Assembly (NCBI GenBank): GCA_973895155.1
Contig: OZ316896.1
Span: forward strand, 20,776,152-20,840,151
DNA from: Marsupella aquatica
Lineage: Eukaryota; Plantae; Marchantiophyta
Direction: 5' to 3'
DNA length: 64,000 bases
Position numbers and translations under genes: made by a program
Notes under the pieces: model-generated
What the model was told of the DNA's origin: nothing
The model's input: only the letters and a program-made list of their open reading frames with translations
Databases searched by the model: none
Shown here: positions 1-13,300 of the stretch, one piece after another
Layout of the letters: the number at the start of each line of letters is the position of its first letter
Position numbering within the stretch: the stretch's first letter is position 1

Positions 1-468
1 CCATGGAGCAAGCCTGGATGCAAAAGTTTATATAAGTGCTGCCAATGCGGAACTCCACCAAGGTTTGCAAGCCTTGTCGGGTTCCCAAGGAGGGGTTGAC
101 AATCTCAGCAGAGTCTTTCTAACTTCGCAGGTACCTTCTTCTCCATTCAACCTCGTCTCTCCTAGATGCATAGCGATGTTTGCTATGGCAGCCTTTGTGC
201 AGTCCATTGATATTGCTTCACGTTTCAGGTTTACTCAGTATCCCTCGATGAAGGAACATCTTTAAATCTCCCCTTTGTGGGAAGCTCTACACTAGAAGGC
301 TACGGGGACTTATGGGTGGGGGTATCAAGTGCCGAAGGGGCAAAATGTGAGAGATGTTGGAACTTCACAACGGGTGTGGGTTCTCAAACGGGACACCCAA
401 CACTATGTGAACGCTGCTATGGCGTTATTAAGCTAAGGGATGACACAAAGAGGCTGGTGCAGGTGTAA
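1..468 (+). CDS. 3' end of organellar (bacterial-type) isoleucyl-tRNA synthetase; last two exons 1-130 and 229-468
   Basis: Spliced reading GASLDAKVYI...DNLSRVFLTSQ|VYSV...LWVGVSSAEGAKCERCWNFTTGVGSQTGHPTLCERC matches the IleRS C-terminal FPG-type Zn finger. A GT..AG intron at 131-228 keeps the frame; stop TAA at 466-468. Confidence 0.88.
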
Positions 469-1508
469 AGAATCGCCTAGTGGCCTTCTCTCGTAATATT
501 TTTTAAATGCGGATTTTGTACTCTACACTCTCCAATCTGTTCCAATCCTTGTGAGCATCTTGTCTTCAGACTGACAGGATAGAGTAAGTGTATCTGTCTG
601 AGTGCGCTGCTTATGTTTTGCCCTTTCCTTCTTGAAAGCTGTCGTTGATCTGGACCCAGAAGGGCGCATTGGATCATGGATGGCATTCGAACAGTTGTGT
701 CCAAGCTTTGCACCACTTTCATACCAAGCTAGTGTTGACGTGACCGCTAATTGACACGAGTCGAACGAATTACTTGAGAATCGAGGACATGGGAATGCAT
801 TTTGGTCAAGAAACATTTTGTCGTTGCTGTCTACTGTCATTTCGAGACGAGCTAGTTTTGAAAAAGATCAGCAGGGTGCCTCACGGCAGATGAGTACATG
901 CCTCGTGTAAAACAACCAATTCCTAGCAAAGACTCCACGGGCGTCTATCTGAGATATTCAGGTCTACTGTAGTGAGTTGTAAAAACATTACACAATGCGC
1001 TAAGTGACCAACCTCAGATTCTCGACACTTGAAAGTTGGAAACTATAAAGTCGATCGAACCTTTACAGTAAATCATCGATTTCAAAATGGGAATGATACC
1101 CACATCGGTGCAGTCGGCATCGATTCTATGTGTGAGCCCAAGACGAAAGAAAGTAAACGAAATCGTTGAAAGGAAGCATTTTCTGGAAGATTGTTTTGGA
1201 CGACACTATTGCGAGACCTCTGAAGTCAGTCCTATTCATTACGTTATCTACATTTCATATCCCAAGGATGAGTCCTAAAAGCCATCCAAAAACTAAGGGA
1301 GCTCCAATCTTATCCCTTCGGCTCGGTCATACCATCGCCCTAAACAAGATACACGTATCGCTTTGCCAAGAAAGGAACTGGTGGCAAGCGACTGCAGACG
1401 CACAATTCACTCTTCGTCAACCCGCCAATTGCCTCCATTGCTCCCCGATACTCAGCTCGATGATTATCATACAGCAAAAACTATTACAATACACCTCGAC
1501 AGCATAAA

Positions 1509-2324
1509 CTATCTCCCGTGTTGACGCGCCTGTTCCTTGGCCATCTGATCTGCTAAATCATTCCATTCCGACTTCCAGTCTCTTCCATTCGTGTGCGCCA
1601 GGACATGTGTCCAGAAAATGCGTCGTTCACCTTGCTCCCTCAGCAACAACTTCAACAAATCACTGTTCAAAACGGGGGCTCCATCAGCTTTGACCCATCC
1701 TCGCGCTATCCATCCCGGAATCCATTCAGTCATGGAGCGGATGAGCAGCATGCTATCAGAGTAGATGTACAGCGGCTTAACTTTCGCCGGGTCCTCTACA
1801 TTGGCTCTCAACATCGCCTCAAGCGCAGCCCGATACTCAGCTCGATTGTTCGTCTGCGGCTCTCCAGCCAGCGGTCCAGCTCGATTCCAATCGGGGTTAT
1901 GAGGAAACACGCACGCCCAGCCAGCCCTTGAATTCGACCTCCCATTACTCAAGGCGCTGCCATCGGTAAAGGCCACGAATGTCGACGAATCCATGGGGTG
2001 ATCTGAAAGGTCTCCCTGCTTCAATCTGCTATAATCCGCGACAAACTCCTGCTCTTCGTCGCAATTTGAAGGTTCCTTAAACCTCGGTGGTTCTCTCGCG
2101 GGCTGCTGAACAGCACCCTGTCCCGCAGCTTGGCCACTTCTAGCTGCTGCATTGTGCATGAACACGCCGGCACCGGAGGGCTCGGAGATGTACGCCAGAG
2201 CTTCATCTCTCGATGTAAATTTTTTGTGTCGAGCATTAGGAAATCGCTCGACTTGCTTCTTGGCATCGTCCCAGGAGGTATAAATGCCAGGGCAATGGCC
2301 TCTGGCAACAGCATAGAAAGGCAT
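1509..2324 (-). CDS. Ribonuclease H1 with N-terminal hybrid-binding (viroplasmin-like) domain, intronless, 271 aa
   Basis: N-terminal FYAVARGHCPGIYTSWDDAKKQVERFPNARHKKF. Catalytic motifs FTDGS, TNNRAE, IYSDS, HVLAH and NDLADQMA are all intact, and the basic-protrusion segment EWIPGWIARGWVKADGAPVLNSDL is present. Confidence 0.93.
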   Translation of the reverse strand: MPFYAVARGHCPGIYTSWDDAKKQVERFPNARHKKFTSRDEALAYISEPSGAGVFMHNAAARSGQAAGQGAVQQPAREPPRFKEPSNCDEEQEFVADYSRLKQGDLSDHPMDSSTFVAFTDGSALSNGRSNSRAGWACVFPHNPDWNRAGPLAGEPQTNNRAEYRAALEAMLRANVEDPAKVKPLYIYSDSMLLIRSMTEWIPGWIARGWVKADGAPVLNSDLLKLLLREQGERRIFWTHVLAHTNGRDWKSEWNDLADQMAKEQARQHGR

Positions 2325-2875
2325 CGTTCTTCGAGCATCTACTCGTGCAATCGATGGCCTTCTAAATCCCGGAAAGCTTGTGCGCCGTCTATGTTCAGTT
2401 TTCCACTCAAATGTCAGTATTCGTAATCTTCGCAGCTTGAGCGACTAAATCAATCCTCTGTTGTGTATCTCGCTTCTCTACATTCTCAGCTCTCAGGAAC
2501 CCAACGAGCTTCATTGAAAAATCCTGCAGCTCCTCTCGCTCTGAGATTCTCAAAATTCGCACTGGGGAAAAATGGGGAAAATGGGGAAAAGCCTGGACAT
2601 TACAGTGGAGAGTGGAGACGGCTGTGGGCATACAAATCCAGAATCTGACATCCGCCGCAAGACGAAAGAATGATTTGAGCCGTTTCCTCAATCCGGATGA
2701 AGGATCCGGATATGACGTAGACTTGTGACGGAATCATTCGCAGCGTAATTGTGTACATTGATATCTCTATAAGTGCACACGTCATGAGTGCAAAACCGGG
2801 ATTACTGGACGCTGTCTTGTTCTAATTTTTTTCCCAGTGTTAAAGATAGAGCCTAGACGAAGTTAAAGCTGATTA

Positions 2876-3430
2876 CTAGCCCAATGTCTATGTGTTGCAC
2901 TAAAGATGGCAAGGAAAGAAAGGATGTTGAGGAGCAAAAAGATGTAGAGGTGAACAAAAAATATCAAGGAGAGAAATTAAAGATGTTTCAGAGAGAAAAA
3001 AATGTTGAGATGAGAAAAATATTTCAAAGAGAGAAAAGATGTTGAAGTGAGCAAAAGATGTAGAGGAGAGTAAAAGATGTCGAGATGAGCAAAAGATGTC
3101 AATGAGAAAAAAGATGTTGAGATGTGAGAAAAAAGATTTCAAGGAGAAAATAGACATCAAGGAGAGAAAAGATATTGAAGTGAGCAAAAGATGTCGACAA
3201 GAGAAAATTTGCAAAGGGGAGAAAAAAATTGTCATAAGAAAAAGATGTTTAGGCGAGGCAAAGATGTTGAGGTGAGAAAAAATGTAATGGAAGGTGGCAA
3301 AGATGATGAATATGAAATACATCAAATGTTTAAATAAAAATATGAGGACATATCAAAGACATTAATACCACACTACTCATGCAAACTTTATTCATGTTTC
3401 AATTAAAAAAATTCATCATATAGAACATTT
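2876..3430 (-). mobile_element. Non-autonomous Helitron 3' terminus with degenerate AAAAGATGT subterminal repeats (right boundary approximate)
   Basis: Minus strand ends ...GTGCAACACATAGACATTGGGCTAG|T. Related termini and repeat tracts occur at 6331, 16692, 30959 and 49918. Confidence 0.7.
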
Positions 3431-6330
3431 TTGGTCAACCTTGCAAGAACCTCCTTGAAATCCAGAAGCAAAACCTTAATACTTGTAGGAGATGTTCTTG
3501 AGAATGTTATGTACAATTGGCTGTGACTAAAAATAGATTTTGAAAGTTCTCCTCTTCCATGTTGAAATGCTAGAAATTTAGGGTTAGGGTTTAGGGCTTA
3601 ACTCATGCTGACAGTTCTCCCCTTCCATGTTCTAAAGTCCAATTGTTGATTTTTAGTGCCTCATCGTTAGTTGGCGCCAGGATAGTTTTCTTGCTTAAGA
3701 ATTTATCATCCACTTTAAAAAGAGATGGAAATCTGATTGCACTAATCAAAGATTCCACACATCCTCCCTCCACCACCATAGATTACAGGCACATAATAAG
3801 AGTGGCCAGAGCACTTTTGATTGAAAGTTTGCTCAATTTTCCCAACTCTCTTTCCCCTCCATATGGTTACTCTAATCATTTATTTAGAAATTAAGAAAAG
3901 AAATACAAGCTCGAATACAAGGTACTTTTAGGTCCTCAAATACCTTATTCTATTTTCATGGTAGATGAAACTTTGAGTAGATTGAGTGTTGCGCACTCAT
4001 ATTGCCTCAATCAGTTTGCTCAATGGTAAAAAAACAAATGAATCTAATTTACTCAAAAAGATATTTTATGTTTATAAGCCCTGAAAAAGGGGGAAGCAAG
4101 CAACACAATGACTCATGAACTAATGACACAATACTCATCATGGAGGCTATGGGAAATTCTGAAGCCCAAATAATCTCAATTTTTGCAAATGGATTTCAAT
4201 TTTCTACACACTTTCTTGAGATTCTAGGGCATTGATACTTTGCGAAATGACTAGATCCGACTTCTGGAAATGTTGTTGCAGAGTCCTATTTTTCAGAGAC
4301 CATTTCTTTTGTTGTAAAGAGTGTTTTTGACTAATTTTATTACTATAAAGCTACTTGAGATTTCACTTTTTGGAAATATTGTTGATAAATTATATTTTTG
4401 AAAAGAGCGATGCTCTTGATAAAAAGAGCGCTTTGAGTACTTCTTCCGTTTACAAAGCTACTATAAATCATGATTTCATATGACGCTGCTCTTGTTACAA
4501 GGAGAGTTTTGAGTAGTTTGTTGCTGCAAAGCTACTTAAGATTTCAAATATGCATCTTTAGTCTATTCTATCCAAAATTGTAATTTGATTTATAGGTGCA
4601 GATAATCTTCTTACCATTACAAAAATATAGGTAAACAATGAATGAAAGCATTTACCATCCATTTGTAGTTGACCGTCTCATAATTGGGTGTAAAAAGATC
4701 CTTCTCCTTGTCACAGTCCATGAGGTTAGCTGGAGATAACATAGCAATCCATCAAAGCTTTAGTTTCCCAAAAAAGGAACGAAAAACGTTTAAAGGGAAA
4801 AAGATGTTTATTGGTCATGCTTCTTTTCACCTCCCAACCCCCTACTAGTTAAGTGGACTATACTTGTAAAGATTACATTCTGTATCTCGTGAGAGAGTCA
4901 GCGAGTCAAGGCAAGGGTGTAGAAATTTGAGATGGGTCATAGCAGGACAACTTGGTAGAGTCCAAACACATTCATGCCATAAAATTTGTCAAAAAGATTC
5001 CCTTTAAATTTTTGGTTTTTTCTTTTTATAAATTTTGTTTGTTGGTCTTTTGAACTTTCAAAAACTTTATTTTTGAAATTTTTCACTTTTGCTGTTAATT
5101 TTTTCTTTCGTTTTGGAGTGTACCTATATGGAACGTACCCTATAGGTGTATCATAATTGTACCTTGGGTGCTCCACTCATCATAATAAGTACAATAATCA
5201 CTTGAGGTGTACCTGCACCACAATTGTACAATGCTTCTACAAGTCAGGGGATTAACATTTAATGTTGTCTTGTAGCTCATTGCACAAACTGCACATTGAG
5301 CTATAGTCAATTCACTTTACTGGAATGAAAAAACATTCTAATAGTCACTACAGCAGTTGTATGTAAACCCCACTTTTGGGGGGGTATGTGTGTTAACCCT
5401 TATGTGAAATCAAAAAAATTACTAATGTCACTAGAGAATTTCAAAGCCCACTTTTGGGGAGGTGCGTGAAAAAGGAAAATCAATGCAGGGCGAGGTTTGA
5501 ACTTGCAACCTCGCCCCGGCCCACTCTCATGCTCTACCGCCAGCCCATGGCCTGTAGATGATGGGTTTCCATGTATTTACATTCATTCTTCGGGCAACAA
5601 ACCTGGGGCAGATTGGTCTTCCCAACCATGACAGAAATTGTTTGTATTGTAAACATGTTTGAACTCTGTAAATTTCAATAGGCAAGCATTGGGACTTTCC
5701 ATCTCCTTGAAATTCGCTGAAAACTGAATCTACAACCTCTCCTAAAAGATGCTGCAATTTTTGTAGTCTACGAAGTGGGTTCTCTCCATTTTGAAGAACT
5801 CAATTTTCTGGTAGATACTCACATACGTCTTCCCTGTCATTTTTGGTCCATAACAAAAAATATATCTTATGGGCAACCAACCACGTTCTTTGTTTCTTAT
5901 TACTATTTCTTTTATTTTCAGACAAGTGTATATTGTCATGGCAATGCCATCTCAAGGAAACATTGGAAGAAGGGTCAACTAATGCACACATCTTCATTCT
6001 TGCCGTAGTGGCAAGGCAATGGAGAGTGCGCAGGGTATATTCCAATGCAGAAAACCTCGTGTTTTTGCGTACATGCATTCAGTGGACACTAACATCAAGT
6101 TAGATTAAATAACCCTAAAGTACAATTGATATAAAGTAAGGTCAGAAATGGACATGTGGGCACAGGCAGTGAGACAAAGAAAACCCTAGCCTGGAAAGTG
6201 ACGAGGAGGCTGCCTGGATGGTGAATCGCATGGTAGTTCTTTGGGTGGGTTGTGGGGAGAATCGAGGTAGAGTTAATGTGTTTTCAGGGACTCGTCTCTT
6301 TGCCGATCTTAAGGCTCATTATGACTAGGA

Positions 6331-7128
6331 CTAGCCCAATGCCCGTGCGTTGCACAAAAGATGTCAAAGTGATAAAAGATGTCGAGGTGAGCAAAAGATG
6401 TTGAGTTGATAAAAGATGTCAAAGAGAGAAAAAACTTGTTGAGGAGAGAAAAGATGGCAAGGTGATAAAACATGTTGAGGTGAGCAAAAGATGTGAAGGT
6501 GAGCAAAAGATATTGAGGTGATAGAAAAGGTTGAGGAGAGAAAAGATGTCGAGATAAGCAAAAAGATATTGTGGAGAGGAAAGATGTGAGTAATGTTGAA
6601 ATGAGAAAAAGATTTAAGGGGAGAAAATATGTCAAGGAGAAAATATGTCTCCTCCTGCCTCCCGGTTTGGACTTGCCCAACAAATAGAGGCTTTAGAGTC
6701 CGTCAACTGACAACTTGATCTCGACTTCCCGGCCCAAGCTGGCCCTTCCCTGCAACTCCCTGACATCAGTCTTGGCACGGCCTGACCCGGACCAGCCCTC
6801 CCCGCAACACTGATCACTCCTGGCCTGGCCTGGCCCAGCCTGGCCCAGCCCCACCTCCTCCCCACTAAATGCCCATGCATAGGGGTCGGGCGCTCCTCGC
6901 CCCTGCTCGCACCTGAATGCCTTCCCTAGGGCATTGTGCCCTCTTATTGCCTCCCCGTCCCTTCAGCATAGGGCCTTGGGCCCAGTAATCAAGTGCCCCC
7001 AAATGGAGGGAGAATTTAAAGCTCTCCCCTCCCCCCCTTTTGCTCCTCAATAAAATCAGACCTGCCTCATCCTTTGCTTTGCTGAATTGCTTCCGTGTGC
7101 CCTGCTACTCATTAATGGTAGTATAGTA
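6331..7128 (-). mobile_element. Non-autonomous Helitron
   Basis: 3' end GTGCAACGCACGGGCATTGGGCTAG|T (hairpin plus CTAG), AAAAGATGT repeats at 6355-6650 and a GC-rich middle. Possible degenerate 5' end TACTATACTACCATTAATGAG near 7128. Confidence 0.65.
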
Positions 7129-8370
7129 CGGAAACTCCAGATGCAAGGAGGGAGTACACCTAGGTACTGTCCTTGTGAGGTGGCAGGGGCGAGATAACAA
7201 CAAAGAACACGGGCCTGTGGCAAGGGTACAGTCCTTGCCATCTGTGGATGGCAAACTGTACTCCTGGCCTGGAGTACAGCCAAGGCAAGGCCCTAATAAG
7301 TGTGACACTCCCCCATTTTTCCTGATCAAAGGTCAGAAAAATATGATGATATGATCCGACAATCTAGAATCAATCCCGCGCAAATGTGAATTAGTAAAGG
7401 GACGAAGGATGAAAATGGGTGGATTAAGTATTACAGTTGTAGATTATGAGCCTCCTCTATGTATGTGCCTCAACCTGCTGTTCACTGCTTCCAATTTTTG
7501 TCTAAGTGGAACTAGAATGAATGAGCCCTAGTTTGGGTTGGATGAATGTTGAAAGAGAAGTGAGCCATAAGGTTTCAAACCGGGGACCTGCCCTACCCCA
7601 ATGACCTGCAGTACCACTCGGTCTCGAGCCAGTTGATGACTACATTGATTTGTGGTTGATATATGATATAATGCGTGATATCATAACCAGGTTTGGTACA
7701 CACGGGCAAGAGGCAACTACTTATGGGCTAATCAATGCTAATCGACATTAATTAGCCTTACTAGGAGGGGTGAGGCACCAACATGAATTTAATTATAGGA
7801 TTTAAAACACAGTCCTCCATGTGCATGTATGGGAAAGGGAGGGGTGAGGAATCCAGGAGGATTTGTCCTCTTTGATTCTTGGTCCTCCCTCTATTGCCTT
7901 CATCCTCCCCCTATGGCCTTGGTCCTTGCCTTGCCACGACTCACCTGTCCTTGTGCTTGTCATGCGTGACCAATGGGCCTGGACTTAATCTGTCTTGCTC
8001 GTTGCCTGTTGTGCTTTGGCTTGCCCCTTCCCCTCTCACAAGTCACCCACAAGTCACCCAACAACCCCCTTCCGCCCAGCTTGCAATGAAGGCAAGAGCC
8101 ACTCCTAGTCTGCATTTGTTTTGCCTTAGTTACCTGACCTGGCTTGCCCGGGGCTTGCCACTCCTTATACGCTTGCTTACGCCTACCATACCTTGGTGCC
8201 TTGGCTTTGCCCCTCCTCCCACGACTCACCTTGACAACCTTTATTGCATCGACTAATGCGGCTTGCAAGGTAGGAGCAATGCGTGGACTATATCTTTTTG
8301 TCCTGTGCCTAGACCAACTATGTTTACAAGGAGGTCTAATCCCATCCCCCTTCCTCCTTTTCCTAGCCCT

Positions 8371-8717
8371 TGTTAGATATTGCTCTAGTCTTGTGACTCA
8401 TGAGCTAACCACAGTTAGTCTAACTCGGGTTAGGACTTAGCTAATGTTAGCGGTAGTGCTGTTGTGCATATAGCCAGGGCTGATGCCAGACCCTGGTGGA
8501 ACTTAGGCTCATTGTTACGGAGCTAGTTGAGAGATAGGGAGAGCTTGTGCAGCTGTGGATGCTTGGTATGGCCGGTCGGCCTAGAGTGCAATAAAGCTCT
8601 TGTGTGTTCCCGTGGATGTAGCCTCATGTGGAGGTGAACCACGTATCTCTCTGTGTTGACTATTGTGCGTTGGATGGTTCATGGGCTTGCCGTTGCGAAT
8701 ATCATCTATGCTCAACA
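8371..8717 (+). repeat. 5' LTR (347 bp)
   Basis: TGTTAGATAT...GCTCAACA, near-identical to 14818-15161. Confidence 0.97.
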
Positions 8718-8719
8718 AG

Positions 8720-8731
8720 TGGTATCAGAGC
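8720..8731 (+). promoter_or_regulatory. Primer binding site (initiator tRNA-Met)
   Basis: TGGTATCAGAGC, 2 nt downstream of the 5' LTR. Confidence 0.93.
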
Positions 8732-10361
8732 ATGCCTGGGAGGTGACGAGGTTTTTTCGTGACAAGTTTTTCCAGCGTTCATTGTCGATGGTACATTCAG
8801 AGTTTCATTGCATGAAACTTGAAAGTGTGTGATTGAGCGGATAGGTTAGTGAGAGGGCGTTCTAACGGTGGTTAGAACTCGCTGATCGGTATCCGTGGTG
8901 TGGAGGAATCGAAGTTTGCGTTGTTCAGGGTTATTCGTGTTCGACGGTATTTCGGGGGAGAGACTAGAGTTCACGTTTTTCAACGGTGTGAGCTGTGCAG
9001 TGCGGGAGGGATCGCACATTATAGCTCAAGTTGAAGGTTGAAGCGAGCTGGTCATTTCGGTAGCTGGATTGCTGCCGAGTTGTTACCGAGTGCGTCGTGA
9101 CGAGTGAAGGAGGCGTTCAGGTTTTTCACAAGCTATGGAGCTTGTTCACATCTGAATCGGGTTTCTCTTTGTGACGTCCGACTCGGTGGAAGAGACGCAA
9201 AATGCTATGGCTCAATGGATTGATCGCGGCGAGGCGGTCATTTTGAGCTCGAGATTGGCACTTGACGCGGAGTGAAGGCGACGCGACGGAATTTTTTTAC
9301 TCTGCTGGAGTTGCAGACTGAGCCGGTGCAATTCGACAACTTTTCCCGTCGGCGGCGTTCACTTTTCTTGTTGGAATCGGCAGCGGTTAAGGTGTGTAAT
9401 CGGCTTTTTTAGGTTAAGGGCTAATTTTTGGCTTTTAAGGGGGGTTTTATCGTGTATACACACCTCGTCGGGCCCCTCATTCGTCATCTTTTCCCCCTGT
9501 GTACATCTTTTAATCGGGCCCCGCCGACCATGTTTCCCCCCCGCACCCCGATTCAAACCCGCAGCGGCGGCCGACGCCTTATGCGCGCTCGCACCCCGCG
9601 TCACCCCCTTTTATTAAAACTAAGACGCGACCGGGCTGACGCCGGTCTCCCTGCCCTCGCCCGCCCTCATGCCTGAGCTCGTGATCCTGCCGGCCGACTG
9701 CTCTCTTGTCCTCGACTTCCACCCGACCTGATTTTTGGTTATACACGGCTGCGTACACAGCCGCTCGTATCCCCTGTGCATATTTCTGTCTGTCCCGCCT
9801 TGCGTCGAGCGACACGGATGCGCGTTTTTAAGGCATATATTTTGTTAAGGGGCTTTAGCACCCCCTTTAGGGCGCTTTTAATAGCATTTTTTCTTTCCTA
9901 TTGTTCTCCTTGTGTCGGGACCTGCCGCCCTCCATTTTAACCACTCCGACAGGGGGAACGGCCCCCTGTGAGACCTGTTGGATTATGCAGGAATATTCTT
10001 GAAAAATAGAGAGCTATTTTTTGGCCATCCGACAAAGATTCCGTCTGCCGCATGGTAACTTTTTGGGTTCTTTTTGGCGAGGACGTTGCCATTGGAGTTA
10101 GCAATGCGGCGCACCGATCACATCGCGATTCCAATAACGGGTTGTACTTGGTATTTTGGTTATTCTCCGAGGTGGTCAAAACGGGGGAGTTTCCCAAGGT
10201 TTTACCCACCCCGACCGAAATTTGAATAACTTTTCGTCGAATTTTGATTTTGATTTTGGCTTTCAGTATTGGACTCCTAGCTTCGTGGGCTACACGGCGG
10301 TGTTGAGTTTTGAGTTTTATGAGAAGTTTCAAAAAAAGACGTTTTTTCGTGATTGTTTTAT

Positions 10362-13300
10362 ATGAGTGACTCGGAGGATACTGGAAGAATTGGTATCGAT
10401 GGAGCTTCAGGATTGCGACGATCAGATGGTGAGTCTGAGGAGGAGCTGCTACCGTTTGAGGAAGAACTTGTGACACCGGTAAGATCACCAGTGCGACGTG
10501 CAATGGAGGAAGCTATACTACTACCAGAGCTGTCGGTAGTAGGGAAGAAGAGGGAGATGGCTAGATTTGGAGGAGTGAAGTTTGAGGTGGAGAAGTACAA
10601 TGGTCGTACTAATTACTTGTTGTGGGAGAAGCAAGTGAAGGGTGTTCTACGAGCCATGGGCTTAGCTCATCTGCTTTCTTCGCGAGAGCAGTATGATGGA
10701 GAGGAGGAGATTTATGTGAGACAGTGGAGACAGGAGCAGGTGATTGCTGTCAATGCAGTGATGCTATATCTCAAGCCGCACATCATCAAGCAGTTGGATG
10801 ATTATGCGGATTGTGCGTCACTGTTCAAGGCTCTTAGAGAGAAGTACTACCGGGAAGATGCGTCAGACCGGCTTTACAAGAAGTCTCTCTTGATGAGCCT
10901 CAGGCTCAAGGAAGGGAGCAAGATGCAGGATCACCTTGATGAGTTTGATAGTCTAGCAGTGGATCTGTCAAACCTGGGAAAAGGAGTTGAAGATGAGGAT
11001 AAGGCCTTGCTTCTGCTAAGCTCCTTACCGCCATCATATCAGGGCTTGAAACAGGTGCTCTTGTATAGAGATCTGAAGTCCACTTCATATAATGAGGTGG
11101 TGAGCTCTTTACTGTCTGATGATGCTCAGAAGAAGCTGGGTCAATCATTGACAACATCTTCTTCTAGCACTACGCTCAATCTGAACAAGGGAAGAGCAGC
11201 GCAGCGCACGAATGGGCAGAACAGATTTAGATCTACATCACGGGGAAGATCTAAATCCAGAGGGAAATCACAAGAGATGAAGCTTCTTGCATGTTGGAAT
11301 TGTGGCAAGCCTGCCCACATGAAAAGGGATTGTTGAGTAAAGGTCCCTACTGCATCTGCTAACGCGGCATCAAGCTCGCATGAGGTAGATTTACTCGATG
11401 ATGATGACATATTGTGATGCCAAGGTTATGCTCTTAACGTAATGTCAAATCCAGGTAGTGATGACTGGATTCTAGATAGTGCATGTACTTTTCACATTTG
11501 CTCTAGGAGAGATTTTTTCAGTTCTTACACGGTTTCTAACGGGTCAGTGTTGATAGGAAATGGAATCCCATGTCAAGTTGTTGGACTTGGATCTGTAAGA
11601 TTTCAGATGTTTGATGGTGCTGTGAGAACGTTGAGGAATGTGAGACATATTCCCAGCATGATGAAAAATCTGATTTCACTTGGAGTTTAAGAGGCAAATG
11701 GCCATCAATGGAGTTCTGCTAATGGTGTCCTTCATGTTTCAACTGGTACTAAAGTTTTATTGAAGGGAAAAAGACATAGCAATCTATACGTTTTGGAGGG
11801 CAGTGTAGTCTGTGATGAAGCCAATGTAACCTTATCTCATGAGGAGACGGCCCGGCTGTGGCACTTCCGCTTGGGCCATATGAGTGAAAAAGGTTTGGTT
11901 ATTCTTCAAAAGAAAAGATTACTTTCTAATTTGCAATCTTGTAAGTTGGAATTTTGTGAGCACTGTGTGCTTGGGAAGCAGCACAGGAAACCCTTCGGAG
12001 TTGGAACTCACACCAACAAGGAGGTACTTGAGTATGTACATAGTGATGTGTGGGGTCCAACTACTCCTTTACATTCTGGACGATTATTCTATATCACGTT
12101 CATAGACGATTACTCAAGGTATGTGTGGATATACTTTTTACACAATAAGTCTGATGTTTTTGCCACTTTTAAGGAGTGGAAAGCCCAAGTAGAGAATCAG
12201 ACTGGTAATAAAGTGAGATATCTTCGATCGGATAACGGCGGTGAATACAGTTTCGGGGAATTTGGAACGTATTGTAAGGAGTAGGGGATTACCTGCCATC
12301 TCACAACAAGTTATACTCCTCAGCAGAATGGTGTTTCTGAGAGACTCAACCGAACACTATTGGACCGCTCGAGGAGTATGTTGAGTCAATCATGCTTACC
12401 ACATGAGTTTTGGGCTGAAGCTGTCAACACTACAGCTCATTTGATAAATTTTTCTCCATCCAGTTCTATTGGATTCAAGACGTCATTTGAAATGAGGTAC
12501 TGGCGTCCAGCAGATTACTCACATCTGAGGATTTTTGGATGTGATGCTTATGTGCTTACACCTTCCCCACTTTGATCCAAGCTGGAGTCCAAGTCGAAGA
12601 AGTGCACTTTCCTTGGCTATCACAAAGGTGTGAAGGGTTATAGGTTATGGGATCCAATAACCTGTAAACTAATTGTCAGTAGAGATGTGTCCTTTAATGA
12701 ATCCAGATCATCAAAGGAGGGGGAGAGTTCTCCGGACTCCCATACTGACAAGGGGAAATCTCCCATCCCGGACCGGGCTGAGGGGGAGATTAGTCATGAT
12801 GTTGTTCATGATAGGAGAGATGGAGAAGCTCCGAGCTTGGAGCTGGTTCCTGTGATGGAACAAGAGGAGCAAATTGTTGTTGGGGTACCTCAAATTCAAC
12901 TAGCAGCAGCAGCAGATTAGCCTGAGTCATCTACTAGAAGAACTTCCAATCGTTCTACTAGAGCTCCTACCAGGTATGGTCAATGGGCAGACTCATCTAA
13001 GCTAGATGATATTGACATTGCACCTAATGATGATGATATGGCTTTGATCTTGGAAGAAGGAGAACCTTCTTCGTATAGTGAGGCTTGTGCTTCACAGCAG
13101 AAGCATGAGTGGAATGCAGCAATGCAGAGGGAGTTGCAATCTTTGAGTGACAACAAGACATGGGAGCTGGTGGAGCTTCCAAGAGGTCAGCAAGTGGTGG
13201 ACAGCAAGTGGATTTACAAGTTGAAGGACAATCCTTCAAAGGGTGGAGAAAAAATCTACAAGGCAAGGCTTGTTGCCAAGGGATTCACTCAGGAGAAAGG

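Noticed and set aside
1509-2876. RNase H1 as cargo or part of a transposon
   Set aside because: It lies outside the Helitron's CTAG 3' end, has no RT/integrase neighbours, and has a cellular-type hybrid-binding domain.
2900-3325. 141-aa Phe/Ser/Leu-rich ORF resembling a membrane protein (likewise the ORFs at 6309-6683 and 49923-50304)
   Set aside because: Translation artefacts of the Helitron AAAAGATGT repeat tracts.
3880-4260. YSIFMVDET-like stretch resembling the first catalytic Asp region of a hAT transposase
   Set aside because: Too short and broken, with no TIRs or further motifs that I could confirm.
5488-5516. 10-bp hairpin with a tRNA B-box-like core (similar motif near 7570)
   Set aside because: No cloverleaf; most likely a fragment of a decayed repeat or SINE, not a tRNA.
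9937-10503. 188-aa antisense ORF across the copia leader and gag start
   Set aside because: No recognisable domain and no clear ATG start; likely incidental.
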